DNA of 64,000 bases from Terriglobales bacterium (GCA_036392935.1 DASVWZ010000156.1:1433-65432); one strand, 5' to 3'. Shown: positions 28,079 through 42,161, numbered from the stretch's first letter. Numbers and translations are program-made. Notes: generated by a model from the letters alone, not told the origin.

Positions 28079-28552
28079 TTGGATAATTTCAAAAGAAACG
28101 AGGTGGTTCCTGTGTCAAGACTTGCACTGGTTCTTCCTATAGCACTCTTACTTTTTCTCCCTGCGGCGCTTCCCGCGCAGCAGACTTCTGTTCCCAGAAA
28201 CCCCTACGCAACAGTTCCCGCGGCCGACGCTTCCAAGGCAAACCCCACCAAAAACACGACTGAATCCTTGGCGAAAGGCAAAAAATGGTGGGCGATCGAT
28301 TGCTCCATGTGTCACGGGGCAACAGGCAATGGCAAGGGTGACGTCGCGCAAGACATGAAGCTGCAGATCGTCGACTTCACCGACCCCGCGACGTTGAAAA
28401 ACCGAACCGACGGCCAGATCTTCTGGGTCGTCAAAAACGGCCATCAGGATATGCCCGCTGAAGGCCCGCGGTTGCAGGACGACGGCATCTGGGACCTGGT
28501 CAACTATGTACGCTCGCTGAGTAAGAACCCTGAAGCTGGCACGAAGCAGTAA
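28079..28552 (+). CDS. monohaem class I c-type cytochrome
   Basis: Signal/TM segment LALVLPIALLLFLPAALPA, a single CSMCHG haem motif, and a distal Met candidate (GHQDMPA). Non-ATG start in the track; exact start uncertain. Confidence 0.7.
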   Translation: MDNFKRNEVVPVSRLALVLPIALLLFLPAALPAQQTSVPRNPYATVPAADASKANPTKNTTESLAKGKKWWAIDCSMCHGATGNGKGDVAQDMKLQIVDFTDPATLKNRTDGQIFWVVKNGHQDMPAEGPRLQDDGIWDLVNYVRSLSKNPEAGTKQ

Positions 28553-28733
28553 CTTTTGTCGGAACTTGACCGCGGCCTCGACTCAGGGAAATGCCTGTTT
28601 CCAGTCCAACTCCGCGGGCCCGCGCCGCCGACCTGCGCACTTTGCGACTCCCCCACCCCAATCGCATCTAATGTGCTAGGCTTTTTGTACGAGCTTCGGG
28701 TTGTGTTGCGCCCGCCCTGCAAGGTATCTCAAT

Positions 28734-31700
<2,967 letters not shown>

Positions 31701-31714
31701 GCCTCGGCCGCCCG

Positions 31715-32074
31715 CTAAACACGCTCCAGTTCGTGGTGCGTCCGCTCATTCACCACGTTGCCGGTATTCAGCGTTGACGCTGGCTCAAACAGCAGCAGCC
31801 AGCATTCTTCATCGGCCACCGGCTTATGTTCCACGCCCCGCGGCACCACGACGAACTCGCCTTCCTCAATCCATTCATGATGATCGAGAAACTCCATGCG
31901 GAAGCGGCCTTTCACCACCAGAAACAGCTCGTCTTCATTATCGTGATGATGAAACACAAACTCGCCCTTCAGTTTGTCGAGCTTGAGTTGCTGCCCGTTC
32001 AGTTCCGCCCCAATGTATGGCTTCCAGTATTCATGTATCTGAGCAAATTTCTGCGCCAGGTTGACCTTCGGCAT
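31715..32074 (-). CDS. cupin-domain protein
   Basis: 119 aa. GEFVFHHHDNEDELFLVVKG...GEFVVVPRGVEHKP matches the two cupin motifs. Confidence 0.75.
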   Translation of the reverse strand: MPKVNLAQKFAQIHEYWKPYIGAELNGQQLKLDKLKGEFVFHHHDNEDELFLVVKGRFRMEFLDHHEWIEEGEFVVVPRGVEHKPVADEECWLLLFEPASTLNTGNVVNERTHHELERV

Positions 32075-32193
32075 GACCGACCCTCCGGCTAAGTTGGATT
32101 CCGCGAGTTTAGCAAAGGTCGCGGAAAGAGTGCAGGCCTCGTTGTCGTTCCTCTCAATAACCTAAGCGGTTGGGAATAATGATATACTGAGTC

Positions 32194-32442
32194 ATGCCGA
32201 CGGTCCTAAGGTTTGACGGGCTGCGGGTGGTCGTCTACCCAAACGACCATCGTCCAGCGCATGTGCATGTGATCGGGGCGGGTCGGGAGGCAGTCTTCAA
32301 CTTGAATTGCCCGCATGGACCTTTGGAACTTTGAGAAAACTACGGGTGTTCGATGCGAGAGCTAACACGGATTGCGCAAAAAATGACTAAGGGAATCTCG
32401 ATTTTGTGCGCAGCATGGGAGGAAATTCATGGCAGCAAATAG
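32194..32442 (+). pseudogene. DUF4160-family gene interrupted by an in-frame TGA at 32332
   Basis: MPTVLRFDGLRVVVYPNDHRPAHVHVIGAGREAVFNLNCPHGPLEL*ENYGCSMRELTRIAQKMTKGISILCAAWEEIHGSK. Both halves are in one frame. They match the DUF4160 pattern (H.P.HVHV ... W.E.H). Not in the ORF track. Confidence 0.6.
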
Positions 32443-32845
32443 CAATTTTGATTTGGCCAATCAGCGGGCCAGCGAACTCCATAAGATCTTTCCGCGCGCC
32501 GTTTCGGCTCGCTATGACCGTGTCAGCGGTCGCATCATTGTCGACCTGAGCTCAAAGCTGAGCCTGAGTTTCTCGCCGCGCGATGCCGAAGGACTGGAAC
32601 ATGCTAAGCCATCGCAGTTGGAGGGCATTGAAGTCAGCCCGTCTGGTTTTGGACTTTACTTTCCCAAACTCGATGCCGACATTTATGTCCCGGGGTTGCT
32701 GGAGAGATTATTAGGCTCGAAGAAGTGGATGGCCGCCAGATTGGGACAAACTGGGGGCCAATCCCGCAGCCGCGCCAAGAAAGCCGCGTCGCGGGCGAAT
32801 GGGAGACTCGGTGGCAGGCCACCGAAAGCGGCGAAAGCTAGATAG
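32429..32845 (+). CDS. DUF2442-domain protein with basic C-terminal tail
   Basis: AVSARYDRVSGRIIVDLSSKLSLSFSPRDAEGLEHAKPSQLEGIEVSPSGFGLYFPKLDADIYVPGLL. Tail: SRSRAKKAASRANGRLGGRPPKAAKAR. The ATG overlaps the DUF4160 reading frame by 14 nt. Confidence 0.7.
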   Translation: MAANSNFDLANQRASELHKIFPRAVSARYDRVSGRIIVDLSSKLSLSFSPRDAEGLEHAKPSQLEGIEVSPSGFGLYFPKLDADIYVPGLLERLLGSKKWMAARLGQTGGQSRSRAKKAASRANGRLGGRPPKAAKAR

Positions 32846-32858
32846 ATAGACATCAAAA

Positions 32859-32881
32859 GCCGCCAGCGTTTCGCTGGCGGC
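32859..32881 (-). terminator. hairpin terminator after clpC (possibly bidirectional)
   Basis: GCCGCCAGCG-TTTC-GCTGGCGGC. On the minus strand it is followed by TTTTGATG. A second hairpin, GAGACGT-N8-ACGTCTC, lies at 32898..32919. Confidence 0.55.
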
Positions 32882-32928
32882 CTCGCAAAAAACCCCGTAG
32901 AGACGTAGCTAGCCACGTCTCCACGCCA

Positions 32929-35373
32929 TCAATTCTCGTACAACAAAACGCCCTCAGTCTCTTTCGAGTCCACCGGACGGTAGTACAACTTGTTGCCTTC
33001 CAGGAAGACCTCGATGAACGCCGGCCGCGTGGTGATCGTGCCCTGAATCAGCGCTTCCGACAGCGGGTCTTCAATATATTTCTGCAGCGCGCGCCGCAGT
33101 GGACGTGCGCCGTAGCTACGATCGGTTAGCGTCTGGTTCAGAATCCACTTCTTGGCTTCGTCAGCCACGGTAACCGTGATCGACTTCTGCGCCAAATTGG
33201 TGTTCAACTGCGTGACCATCAGCTCGAGAATCTGGATCAGGTCAGCTTCGCCCAGAGCGTTGAACAGAATCACTTCATCCAACCGGTTCAAAAACTCCGG
33301 ATTGAACGTGCGCTTCACTTCACCCTTGACCAGGTCTTCGACTTTGCCGGAGATCATGTCTTCCTGACTCGACTGAAAGCCCAGCCCCTCGCGCTTTTGC
33401 AGGTGCCGCGCCCCAATGTTCGAGGTCATGATGATTATCGTGTTCTTGAAGTCGACGGTATTGCCCAGGCCGTCGGTCAACTGGCCGTCTTCAAATACCT
33501 GCAGCAAGATGTTGAAAACGTCCGGATGCGCTTTTTCGATCTCATCGAGCAGCACCACCGAATAGGGCGCGCGCTTTACACGCTCGGTAAGCTGTCCGCC
33601 TTCCTCGTAGCCCACGTATCCCGGGGGCGAGCCAATCAGCTTCGAAACCGAATGCTTCTCCATGAACTCCGACATATCGAAGCGGATCAGAGATTTTTCC
33701 GTGCCGAACATGAACTGCGCCAGGGTACGCGCAACTTCGGTCTTGCCCACGCCAGTCGGGCCGAGGAACAGGAACGAACCGATCGGCCGATTCGGATTCT
33801 TCAAGCCTGCTCTGCTGCGGCGAATCGCGCGTGCCAGCGCGCTGATCGATTTATCCTGCGAGATCACACGCTTGTGCAGCTCTTCTTCAATGCGCAGCAG
33901 CTTCTGCGTCTCTTCTTCTTTAATCGACGTAATCGGCACGCCGGTCCAGCGCGAGACCACGTCTTCAATGTCTTCGCGCCCCACCACGCCGCCTGATGAT
34001 TCGTCGATATGATATTTTTCGCGAAGAGCGCGCAGGTTCTCGCGCTCTTTGCGTTCCTCGTCAGAGTAAAAGCGCGCCTTCTCGAACTCATGGTTCGCGA
34101 TGGCGTTCTCCATACGGTGAACGATGAACTTGATGCGCTTCTGCACCTCGGTGACTTCCTCCGGCAGCGAAGTCTGGCGCAGCTTTACGCGCGCTCCGGC
34201 TTCATCCACCAGGTCGATGGCCTTATCCGGCAGAAAGCGGTCGGGAATGTAACGGTTCGAATGCGACACCGCAAAGTTGATGGCTTCGTCCGTGTACGTG
34301 ACCGCGTGAAACTTCTCGTATCGGTCTTTGATCCCGAACAAAATCTTGGTCGCGTCAGCTTCATTCGGCGGCGGAACTTTCACCGCCTGAAACCGCCGTT
34401 CCAGCGACCGGTCTTTTTCAATCGACTTCCGATATTCGCCCGGAGTCGTCGCCCCAATGCACTGAATCTCGCCGCGTGAAAGTGCCGGCTTCAAAATATT
34501 GGCCGCGTCGAGCGAACCCTCCGCCGAACCCGCGCCCACCAGCGTATGCAGCTCATCGATAAAGATGATGGAATTCTGCGACTCCATCAGCTCTTTCATG
34601 ATCGTCTTCAACCGCTCTTCAAACTGGCCGCGATACTTGGTTCCAGCCACGATCAGCGAAAGATCCAACGCCAGAATCCGCTTGTCCGCCAAAAACGTCG
34701 GAACCTCGCCGTCGGAAATCCGCTGCGCCAGTCCTTCCACGATGGCAGTCTTGCCCACGCCCGGCTCGCCAATCAACACCGGATTATTCTTCGTGCGGCG
34801 GCAGAGTATCTGAATGACTCGCTCCAGTTCGCCTTCGCGGCCCACCAGCGGATCAAGCTGAGAATCCATGGCGCACTGCGTCAGGTCGCGGGAAAATTCG
34901 CTCAATAAAGAAGATTCGCGCTGCCGCTGCGGCTGGGCTTTTTCCTGGCTGGTCCGTGCCAATTCCTCCCGAATCGTCGAAAGCCGCAATCCGCGCTCAT
35001 GCAAAATTTCCGCCGCGAAGCATTTTTCTTCTCGCAGCAAACCTAATAGAAGATGCTCGGTCCCAATGTGTTTGTGCGAGAGCCGCTCCGCTTCTTCCGC
35101 CGCATAAGCCAGCACCCGCTTGCACTCATTGCTTAAAGGAAGGTCGACCGAAGTCGAAACTTTTTCGCGAATCGTGGTGTGCCCTTCGATCTGCTTGCGG
35201 ATTGATTCCACCGACGCGTGCGAACGCAGAAAACGATTGGTCAGGGCCTTATCTTCGCGCAATAATCCTAAAAGGAGATGCTCGGTTTCAATATACGGCG
35301 AACCGAATTGGCTGGCTTCGTAGCGCGCAAAAAAGATTACGCGCCGCGCTTTCTCCGTGTAACGCTCAAACAT
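32929..35373 (-). CDS. clpC: ATP-dependent Clp protease ATP-binding subunit ClpC
   Basis: Doubled Clp_N repeat ([20 protein letters not shown]..., [13 protein letters not shown]...). Walker A motifs GEPGVGKT and [12 protein letters not shown]-like linker lies between the AAA+ modules. Confidence 0.9.
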   Translation of the reverse strand: MFERYTEKARRVIFFARYEASQFGSPYIETEHLLLGLLREDKALTNRFLRSHASVESIRKQIEGHTTIREKVSTSVDLPLSNECKRVLAYAAEEAERLSHKHIGTEHLLLGLLREEKCFAAEILHERGLRLSTIREELARTSQEKAQPQRQRESSLLSEFSRDLTQCAMDSQLDPLVGREGELERVIQILCRRTKNNPVLIGEPGVGKTAIVEGLAQRISDGEVPTFLADKRILALDLSLIVAGTKYRGQFEERLKTIMKELMESQNSIIFIDELHTLVGAGSAEGSLDAANILKPALSRGEIQCIGATTPGEYRKSIEKDRSLERRFQAVKVPPPNEADATKILFGIKDRYEKFHAVTYTDEAINFAVSHSNRYIPDRFLPDKAIDLVDEAGARVKLRQTSLPEEVTEVQKRIKFIVHRMENAIANHEFEKARFYSDEERKERENLRALREKYHIDESSGGVVGREDIEDVVSRWTGVPITSIKEEETQKLLRIEEELHKRVISQDKSISALARAIRRSRAGLKNPNRPIGSFLFLGPTGVGKTEVARTLAQFMFGTEKSLIRFDMSEFMEKHSVSKLIGSPPGYVGYEEGGQLTERVKRAPYSVVLLDEIEKAHPDVFNILLQVFEDGQLTDGLGNTVDFKNTIIIMTSNIGARHLQKREGLGFQSSQEDMISGKVEDLVKGEVKRTFNPEFLNRLDEVILFNALGEADLIQILELMVTQLNTNLAQKSITVTVADEAKKWILNQTLTDRSYGARPLRRALQKYIEDPLSEALIQGTITTRPAFIEVFLEGNKLYYRPVDSKETEGVLLYEN

Positions 35374-35471
35374 ATACCCCTACCCCCTCAAGTTCACGCC
35401 CGGAACCTTCATTCCTCTGAACTCTGGCCCAAACCGAACAAAAGCAATCGTCGTGCCATTCCTTACTATTA

Positions 35472-35499
35472 TGAACCGTGAAATGGCGGTCACGGTTCA
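35472..35499. promoter_or_regulatory. perfect 10-8-10 palindrome TGAACCGTGA-N8-TCACGGTTCA
   Basis: Lies in the lolD-clpC spacer, about 100-125 nt upstream of the clpC start at 35373. No U-tract follows on either strand. Confidence 0.35.
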
Positions 35500-35623
35500 A
35501 CAATTCATGCCCACCGCTTGCAGCTTGCATGCCAAGAACTGCAAATCCTTGCAACTCCGGTCCTCAAGCCGCGCTTCCATCATTCCTTCATGTCCACGAC
35601 CAAAAGTCAATCACCGTAATGTG

Positions 35624-36313
35624 CTACACCGTGAGCGACTCTGGTTCCACCTGCTCCATGCGCCCGTTCTGCAATCGCATCACCCGATCACAGCGCCGCG
35701 CAAAACCAATATTGTGGGTGGCAATCAGTGAGGTCAGCTGGCAGTCGCGATGCAACCGCGCAATCAATTCAAATACCGCCTCCGCAGTATTCCCGTCCAA
35801 ATCTCCCGTCGGCTCATCCGCCAACAGAAGCTGAGGCTTGGTGATCAGCGCTCGTGCCAAAGCGACTCGTTGCTGTTCCCCTCCGGAAAGCTCGCCCGAC
35901 CGATGATGCGCCCGGCGTTCCAATCCAACCAGCCCAAGCCACCGCATCGCTTCCGTCTCGGCATCGCCTGGCCGGTCGCCGCGCAACAACAGCGGCATCG
36001 CCACATTCTCCGCCGCCGTAAACTCCGGCAACAGATAGTGAAACTGCCAGACAAAACCGATCTTCCGGTTGCGGAAATCCGCCGCAGCCGTTTCCGGCAG
36101 CGCCGTCACCTCCACATCCTCGCAGTACACGCTTCCGGCAGAAACCCGATCCAGTGCACCCAGGATGTGCAATAAAGTGCTCTTTCCCGCACCGGATTCG
36201 CCCACAATGGCGAGCATTTCTCCCTTCGCCACCTGCAACGATAAATTTTCAAAGAGCACCAAGTCCGCTTCGCCGGACCGGAAAACCTTTTTCAGCCCTT
36301 CGGCACTCAGCAT
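35624..36313 (-). CDS. lolD: lipoprotein-releasing ABC transporter ATP-binding protein LolD
   Basis: Walker A GESGAGKST, signature LSGGEQQRVALARAL, Walker B LLLADEPTGDLD. Lies downstream of a LolC/E-type permease. ATG at 36313 has GGAG 5 nt upstream. Confidence 0.8.
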   Translation of the reverse strand: MLSAEGLKKVFRSGEADLVLFENLSLQVAKGEMLAIVGESGAGKSTLLHILGALDRVSAGSVYCEDVEVTALPETAAADFRNRKIGFVWQFHYLLPEFTAAENVAMPLLLRGDRPGDAETEAMRWLGLVGLERRAHHRSGELSGGEQQRVALARALITKPQLLLADEPTGDLDGNTAEAVFELIARLHRDCQLTSLIATHNIGFARRCDRVMRLQNGRMEQVEPESLTV

Positions 36314-36463
36314 CGCTCCTGTCTTAGATGCAGACCTCATGCCTCACGCTTCAATCCGGGCCAAATCCGCGCGCCCGAGTCTCCTAACTTCTCATTAAAA
36401 CACGCCTGGGAAACTTGGGTTTCGCGTATCTCAGAACTGTACTTCACTCCGCAACAATCTGGA

Positions 36464-36479
36464 TGTGACCTCGGTCACT
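36464..36479. promoter_or_regulatory. TGTGA-N6-TCAC(T) CRP-type inverted repeat
   Basis: TGTGACCTCGGTCACT in the 207-nt spacer between the permease gene and lolD. Same GTGAC-N4-GTCAC core as 12760..12773. Confidence 0.3.
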
Positions 36480-36520
36480 GAGGGCATGTCATTGGTCTCT
36501 ATATGGATAGACACCGCCGG

Positions 36521-37837
36521 TCACTCGTAGCGCAGCGCTTCGGCAGGCAAAATGCGCGCTGCCGACCAGGAAGGATAAACCGTCGCTATCAGCGAAATTC
36601 CAATCGAAACCACCGCCACCAGAAGCCCGTCTACGGCACGGGGAGCAAACGGAACGTAGTCAATCGAATAAACTTCCGGCGCCAGCGCCAGCAAGTGATA
36701 CTGCCCGCCAACCCATGACAAAGCGTAGCCGACGATCAGCCCAATCACCGTTCCAATCACCCCAATCAGCGCACCCTGCGCAATAAAGATTCTCCGCACC
36801 TGCGATTTCTTCGTCCCCATCGACATCAGCACCGCAATGTCTCTCGTTTTTTCCATCACCATCATGGTCAGCGAGATCAGAATATTCAGCGCCGCTACAA
36901 AAACAATCAGCCCAATCGTAATAAACGTCACTAGCTTCTCCAGCCGCAACGCACGAAAGATGGCTTTGTTCTGCTCCATCCAGTTCGTCGCCATAAATCC
37001 CTTGCCGGCTGCGTCTTCCAGTTCGCGCGACACCTCACCAGCGCGATAGATATCGTCGATCTTGAACTCAATCACCGAAATCACATCTCCGATCCCAAAC
37101 AATTGCTGCGAATCCCTCAACCGCGTAAACGCCCATGCGCTGTCGTAGTCATAAAAGCCCGAACTGAAAATCCCCGCCACGTGAAACCGTATATACTTCG
37201 GAACCATCCCGAACGGCGTCAACTCGCCCTGCGGGCTCGTCACTAGCACCACCGACCCGACCGTCGCGCCCAGTTCATCCGCCATATCTTTCCCCAGGAT
37301 GATCGGCGGCATCGCCGCAACCCGCTCCTGCACCCCAGCCAGATCGTCCGGCGACTGCGTGGCGCGGGCGCCCTCGCCCGCGGCTTTTGATGTGACGTCA
37401 ACGCCTGTGGTAGGTTCCAGCGCCTCCACCGACCCGCTCTTCACCGTGCTCAGCAGATCGCTGACTCTTCGCTCTTCGCTCGAAATCATCCCCTTCAACA
37501 CCGCACCCCGCGCCCGCGGCCCGCGCGATATCAGCACCTGCTCATATATCGCCGGAGCCGCCGCCACCACGTGCGGCTCTTTCGCCAGCCGTTCCATCAA
37601 CTGGCGCCAATCCTTGATCCCGTCGCTTTGCGTGCGCAGCAGATTGACGTGTGAAGTCGACCCCAGCAGCCGGTCCTGAAGGTCTTGTCGGAATCCATTA
37701 TTGATCGCTAGCGCGATCACCAGCGACGCCACGCCCGCCGCCACTCCCACAATCGAAATGACCGTGATGATCCCGACGAACGCCTGCCGTCGTTTGGCTC
37801 GCAGATATCTCGACGCAACAAATAACTCAAATCGCAT
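36521..37837 (-). CDS. LolC/LolE-family lipoprotein-releasing system permease (FtsX-like)
   Basis: MRFELFVASRYLRAKRRQAFV, a large periplasmic loop, and a C-terminal FtsX domain (MEKTRDIAVLMSMGTKKSQVRRIF). Confidence 0.8.
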   Translation of the reverse strand: MRFELFVASRYLRAKRRQAFVGIITVISIVGVAAGVASLVIALAINNGFRQDLQDRLLGSTSHVNLLRTQSDGIKDWRQLMERLAKEPHVVAAAPAIYEQVLISRGPRARGAVLKGMISSEERRVSDLLSTVKSGSVEALEPTTGVDVTSKAAGEGARATQSPDDLAGVQERVAAMPPIILGKDMADELGATVGSVVLVTSPQGELTPFGMVPKYIRFHVAGIFSSGFYDYDSAWAFTRLRDSQQLFGIGDVISVIEFKIDDIYRAGEVSRELEDAAGKGFMATNWMEQNKAIFRALRLEKLVTFITIGLIVFVAALNILISLTMMVMEKTRDIAVLMSMGTKKSQVRRIFIAQGALIGVIGTVIGLIVGYALSWVGGQYHLLALAPEVYSIDYVPFAPRAVDGLLVAVVSIGISLIATVYPSWSAARILPAEALRYE

Positions 37838-37855
37838 GAGACATGAGAAAAGATG

Positions 37856-40444
37856 CTACTTCAATCCCGTCACCACGTACGCCTGCGCGGTGTCGTACTG
37901 GTACCCGTAGGCATACCCGTTGCCGTCGTCGAAGATCAATGGCCAGAATATCGCAGTCACGTCCGCCCCGGCGTCAGCCCCGATGGTCTTCCATAATTCC
38001 ATCTTGCCGCTGGAAACATCGACCTTATAAATCTTCCCGACCTTTTCGTTCCCATGCGACGCCACATAAACCGAGTTCCCTTCCGAGGTCCACGCTCTTA
38101 CCGAGTAAGTTGACTCCAGTCCGGGGATCGGTCGCAGGCTCGCGGCATCGCCATTCAGCGGCCACACATTCCACTTTCCATCCGGACCCAAAACCGCCGC
38201 GGATTTCCCGTCAGGCGAGAGCGCTGTGCCGTAAATTCCCTCCGGTGAGATCGGCTTTGAACCCCCGGTCGCAATGTCGACTAAATAGTTCCGTGCCCCG
38301 TGCCCGGCCTCAATTCCAGCTGCCAGCAGACTTTTGCCGTCAGGCAGGTAACTGGCAAACGTATAGCTCACCGAATCGTGCGTCAACGCTCTCGCCTGGC
38401 CTGCCCCGGTCGGCACCAGATTCAGTGACCCTCCCTGCGCCGGTTGCGTCACCACCCATTTTCCATCCGGAGAAATGCACTCCGCTTTTCCCGTTCCCAG
38501 CGTCAGCGGCGGAGAACCGTCCACATCCCGTAAAAACACAATGTAGTCCGAACCGCCCGCCTCGCCCACATCGAACGACAAGATCTTTTTGCCGTCGCGG
38601 CTCACGTCGGCCAGAATCGCCCAACCGAACCACCCCATCTCCCGCTCCTGCGTCGAACCCGGAGTCAGCGCGCGAATGCCACGCCCGCTAATGTGCGAAA
38701 CCACCAGCATCCTGTCCTTCTGCACATCCTGCAACATCATTCCGCTGGGCGCGTTGGTCAGCCTGCGCACCTTGCCCGACAAAGTGACCGCTCGCGGATC
38801 GGTCGCGAACCCGGCCATCGTTGACGCAAACCACACCTCATCGCCCGACGGTCCCCACGCCAACCCTTCAATCGCTTCCCATCCTGTCGAAAGTTTCTTT
38901 TCCTGCCCCGAACCATCCGCCGGAATTACCGCGATCGAGCCCTGATCGTCGCCCGAGTTGTTTTCATGATCGGCAAATGCAATCCATTTTCCGTCCGGTG
39001 AAATCCGCGGCGAACTCAGCCAGTTGATGCTGTCCACCAGTACCTTTCCAATCGGATACTCGATGTGCCAGTGGTCGTTTTCTGCCATATGGCGCGCTAC
39101 CGCCATGTGTTCGCCGTCCGCGGCCCAGTCCGCGTCCATCACGTCGTCGAGCACCTCCCGCGGCGTTCCCCCGCTCAGAGAGACTCGCGCCAGCGTGCCG
39201 ATCACATCCAGACCGCGCGTATGCTTGCTGTTCAATCGCACTGCCAGTTCTCCATTGCGCGAGACGGCAAGAATCTCGGCATCCTTGATTCCTACCTCCC
39301 GGGCATTCGGATCATCGACGCGCGCGACGTAAAGCTGCGCGTCCCCGCCATCCCACGCGGCGTTGTAAACAATGCTTCCATCCGGCGTGAATCGAGCGTT
39401 CCCCATCGTTCCCTTACGGAACGTCACCCGCGCATATTCCGGGGGAGGCGTGTACGCCCGTATTTCGCCCGTCTTCCATCCAGCGATGAACGCAATCGCC
39501 GCTAGCGCAAAACCGATCGCAACACCGACCATCGTTTTGCGGCCTGGCCTACCCGCAGAAGCCCCGACCGGCGCGACCTTCGCCGAACCTGCCGAAATCT
39601 CCGAAAGATGCTCCAGATCGAACCCAATGTCGCTGGCCGAATGAAACCGCGACTCCGGGTTTTTCTCCAGGCAGTGATGCACAATCCGTTCCAGCGCCGG
39701 AGGAACATTCTGGTTCGTAGTCGAAAGCTCGGCCGGTTCCTCTTTAAGAATCGAGCTCATCGTGTCCGCCGGCGTCTCGCCGTGAAAAGCCCGTTTGCCC
39801 GAAAGCATCTCGTACAGAATCGCGCCGAAGCTGAAAATGTCCGACCTCGCATCCAGCGCCTGTCCCCGCACCTGCTCCGGGGACATATATCCCGCCGTCC
39901 CCAGCACCACGCCCGCTTCCGTCCCGTGGCTCATCGTGGCCAGCGTTGCCTCCGCGCCCGACCCCGTCTGCGTCAGCTTCGCCAGTCCAAAATCCAAAAT
40001 CTTCACCCGCCCATCTTTGGTGACGAAAAGATTCTCCGGCTTCAAATCCCGATGAATGATTCCCTTTTCATGTGCCGCCGCCAATCCATGCGCAATCTGC
40101 AACGCAAAATCAAGCGCCCTGCGCATCGGAATCGCTCCCGCCTTCAATCGGTCGCGCAGCGTTTCACCTTCAAGCAGTTCAGAAACCACATAAGGCGAAC
40201 CATCCTGGGCGCCAATATCAAACACCGCCAGAATATTCGGATGATTCAGCGCCGCCGTCGCCAGCGCCTCTTGCTCAAAACGCCGTAACCGATCGGGATC
40301 AGAAGAAATTGCCTTGGGAAGAATTTTGACCGCGACCTCACGCCTGAGCCGCGAATCCCGCGCCCGATACACTTCGCCCATCCCGCCCGCGCCCAGCGGC
40401 GAAACAATCTCGTATGGCCCTAACTTAGTCCCCGGATTCAGCAT
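37856..40444 (-). CDS. Ser/Thr protein kinase fused to TolB-like beta-propeller repeats
   Basis: [32 protein letters not shown]. One TM helix, then repeated PDG(K/S) propeller blades ([20 protein letters not shown]). Confidence 0.85.
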   Translation of the reverse strand: MLNPGTKLGPYEIVSPLGAGGMGEVYRARDSRLRREVAVKILPKAISSDPDRLRRFEQEALATAALNHPNILAVFDIGAQDGSPYVVSELLEGETLRDRLKAGAIPMRRALDFALQIAHGLAAAHEKGIIHRDLKPENLFVTKDGRVKILDFGLAKLTQTGSGAEATLATMSHGTEAGVVLGTAGYMSPEQVRGQALDARSDIFSFGAILYEMLSGKRAFHGETPADTMSSILKEEPAELSTTNQNVPPALERIVHHCLEKNPESRFHSASDIGFDLEHLSEISAGSAKVAPVGASAGRPGRKTMVGVAIGFALAAIAFIAGWKTGEIRAYTPPPEYARVTFRKGTMGNARFTPDGSIVYNAAWDGGDAQLYVARVDDPNAREVGIKDAEILAVSRNGELAVRLNSKHTRGLDVIGTLARVSLSGGTPREVLDDVMDADWAADGEHMAVARHMAENDHWHIEYPIGKVLVDSINWLSSPRISPDGKWIAFADHENNSGDDQGSIAVIPADGSGQEKKLSTGWEAIEGLAWGPSGDEVWFASTMAGFATDPRAVTLSGKVRRLTNAPSGMMLQDVQKDRMLVVSHISGRGIRALTPGSTQEREMGWFGWAILADVSRDGKKILSFDVGEAGGSDYIVFLRDVDGSPPLTLGTGKAECISPDGKWVVTQPAQGGSLNLVPTGAGQARALTHDSVSYTFASYLPDGKSLLAAGIEAGHGARNYLVDIATGGSKPISPEGIYGTALSPDGKSAAVLGPDGKWNVWPLNGDAASLRPIPGLESTYSVRAWTSEGNSVYVASHGNEKVGKIYKVDVSSGKMELWKTIGADAGADVTAIFWPLIFDDGNGYAYGYQYDTAQAYVVTGLK

Positions 40445-40588
40445 TGTTCGCGCCCATTATACAGTTGCAACCAGAACATCCCGACACATCCACGCTGTAA
40501 TGGTCTGTGCTCCTCTGTGCCCTCTGTCGTTAATGCCTTCGACCTTTTTTCTTTGCGCCCTTTGCGCGAACTTCGCGCTCTTTGCGAT

Positions 40589-42025
40589 TTAAGATTTTGC
40601 CGCACCATTCACCAGAGCCCCCTCACTCCGTCGTCCCCTCACCATAAAAACCACCGTCAGCACCGCCAGGAACGGCAATCCATACGCCAGAGTCATCCGA
40701 AACTCCCGTGTGAACGCCGTCGTCACCAGCAAAGCCACAATCGACGCCGCACCCGTCACCGTGAGCCACGGATACCCCCACATGCGAAAACTCAACGCGC
40801 TGTCTCCATGCGCCCGCCGAAAGAAAATATGCGTCACAAAAATCATCAGCCAGGTAAACAGCGCGCCAAACATCGAAATCGCCATCATCATCAAGAACGC
40901 GCTCTCCGGATACAACACAAATATCCCCGCTGCCACCGCAATCCCTACGGTAGAAACCATCAGCGCTGCCATTGGAATTCCGCGCGCATTCAGCACCCCA
41001 AACCGCCTTGCCGCATATCCCGCTCGCGACAAGCTGAACATCATCCTCGTCGTGATATATAGCTGGCTGTTCATCGCCGAAAGCGCCGCAATCAGAATTA
41101 CAAAATTCACCACCCCCGCCGCGCCCGGCAAGCCTGTTCCCGCCATCACTCGCACAAACGGACTCTGCCCGCTGTTCGCCTCCGTCCACGGCACAATCGC
41201 CACAATCAGCGCAACGCTCGCCAGGTAGAAAAATGCCAGCCGCACCATCGTCGCCCGAAATGCCTTGCGTATCGCCCGCTGCGGATCTTTTGCCTCGCCC
41301 GCCGCTACCGCAATCATCTCAATCGAGAAGTAGCTGAAGATCGCCACCAGCGATGCCACCCACACACCCCACGCGCCCTTCGGCGCAAATCCTCCATGCG
41401 ACGTCAGATTCCCCAATCCGATCCCGCCCAACACCATCCGCGCGCCGAGCAAAATGAACACCACAATGGCAAAGATCTTCAGCGCCGAAAAAACATACTC
41501 CACCGACCCAAACAATTCGACGTTGAATGCATTCACTCCCACCAGCACCGCGGCAAAAACCAGAATCCACACCCACCCCGGCACCGCCGGATACCAATAC
41601 CGCATATAAACCGCGATCGCCGTCACCTCCGTGCCCACCCCCAGCACCAGGCACGACCAGTACGCGTACCGCACCAGAAACCCTGCCAGCGGCCCGACAT
41701 AAAATTCCGCCCACGCCCCAAACGACCCCGATGTCGGATGCGCCACCGTCATCTCCGCCAGGCAACCCATAAGGAGCAACGCAATCACCGCGCCTACCGC
41801 ATAACTCACCAGCACCGCCGGGCCGGCAAACCCAATCGCCGCCCCGCTTCCAAGAAACAATCCCGTCCCGATCGCTCCCCCGATCGCGATCATCGAAAGC
41901 TGCCCCGTGGTCAGCCCGCGATGCAGCCCTTTTTCCCGCTCCGCAATGGCATCGAAACCTGGCTTATCCCCGCTCATACGGTCGCCCGATTCTAGCGCAC
42001 CCAACTCCCTACGGGTGCCCCACAC
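40589..42025 (-). CDS. APC-family amino acid permease
   Basis: About 12 TM helices. N-terminal LHRGLTTGQLSMIAIGGAIGTGLFLGSG. The start may be the internal Met at 41977. Confidence 0.85.
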   Translation of the reverse strand: MWGTRRELGALESGDRMSGDKPGFDAIAEREKGLHRGLTTGQLSMIAIGGAIGTGLFLGSGAAIGFAGPAVLVSYAVGAVIALLLMGCLAEMTVAHPTSGSFGAWAEFYVGPLAGFLVRYAYWSCLVLGVGTEVTAIAVYMRYWYPAVPGWVWILVFAAVLVGVNAFNVELFGSVEYVFSALKIFAIVVFILLGARMVLGGIGLGNLTSHGGFAPKGAWGVWVASLVAIFSYFSIEMIAVAAGEAKDPQRAIRKAFRATMVRLAFFYLASVALIVAIVPWTEANSGQSPFVRVMAGTGLPGAAGVVNFVILIAALSAMNSQLYITTRMMFSLSRAGYAARRFGVLNARGIPMAALMVSTVGIAVAAGIFVLYPESAFLMMMAISMFGALFTWLMIFVTHIFFRRAHGDSALSFRMWGYPWLTVTGAASIVALLVTTAFTREFRMTLAYGLPFLAVLTVVFMVRGRRSEGALVNGAAKS

Positions 42026-42133
42026 ATTCGCGTTCTTTGCGGATGTGTGGGAATGACGGGCCCGAAATCACGACGGGAATTAACCAACCAACCTCAATCG
42101 CTGTTTGCTGAATGCCGACCGACGCCTGCCGAC

Positions 42134-42161
42134 CGACGACCGACGACCGACGACCGACGAC
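42134..42161 (+). repeat. four perfect tandem CGACGAC heptamers
   Basis: CGACGAC x4, preceded by CCGACCGACGCCTGCCGAC. Lies in the divergent spacer between the permease gene and the beta-propeller gene. Confidence 0.8.

Noticed and set aside
32332-32334. Selenocysteine decoding of the in-frame TGA in the DUF4160 gene.
   Set aside because: The position aligns with a non-catalytic Arg-like position rather than a Cys, and I could not see an obvious SECIS-type stem-loop immediately downstream. A nonsense mutation is more parsimonious. It remains listed as a check under the finding.
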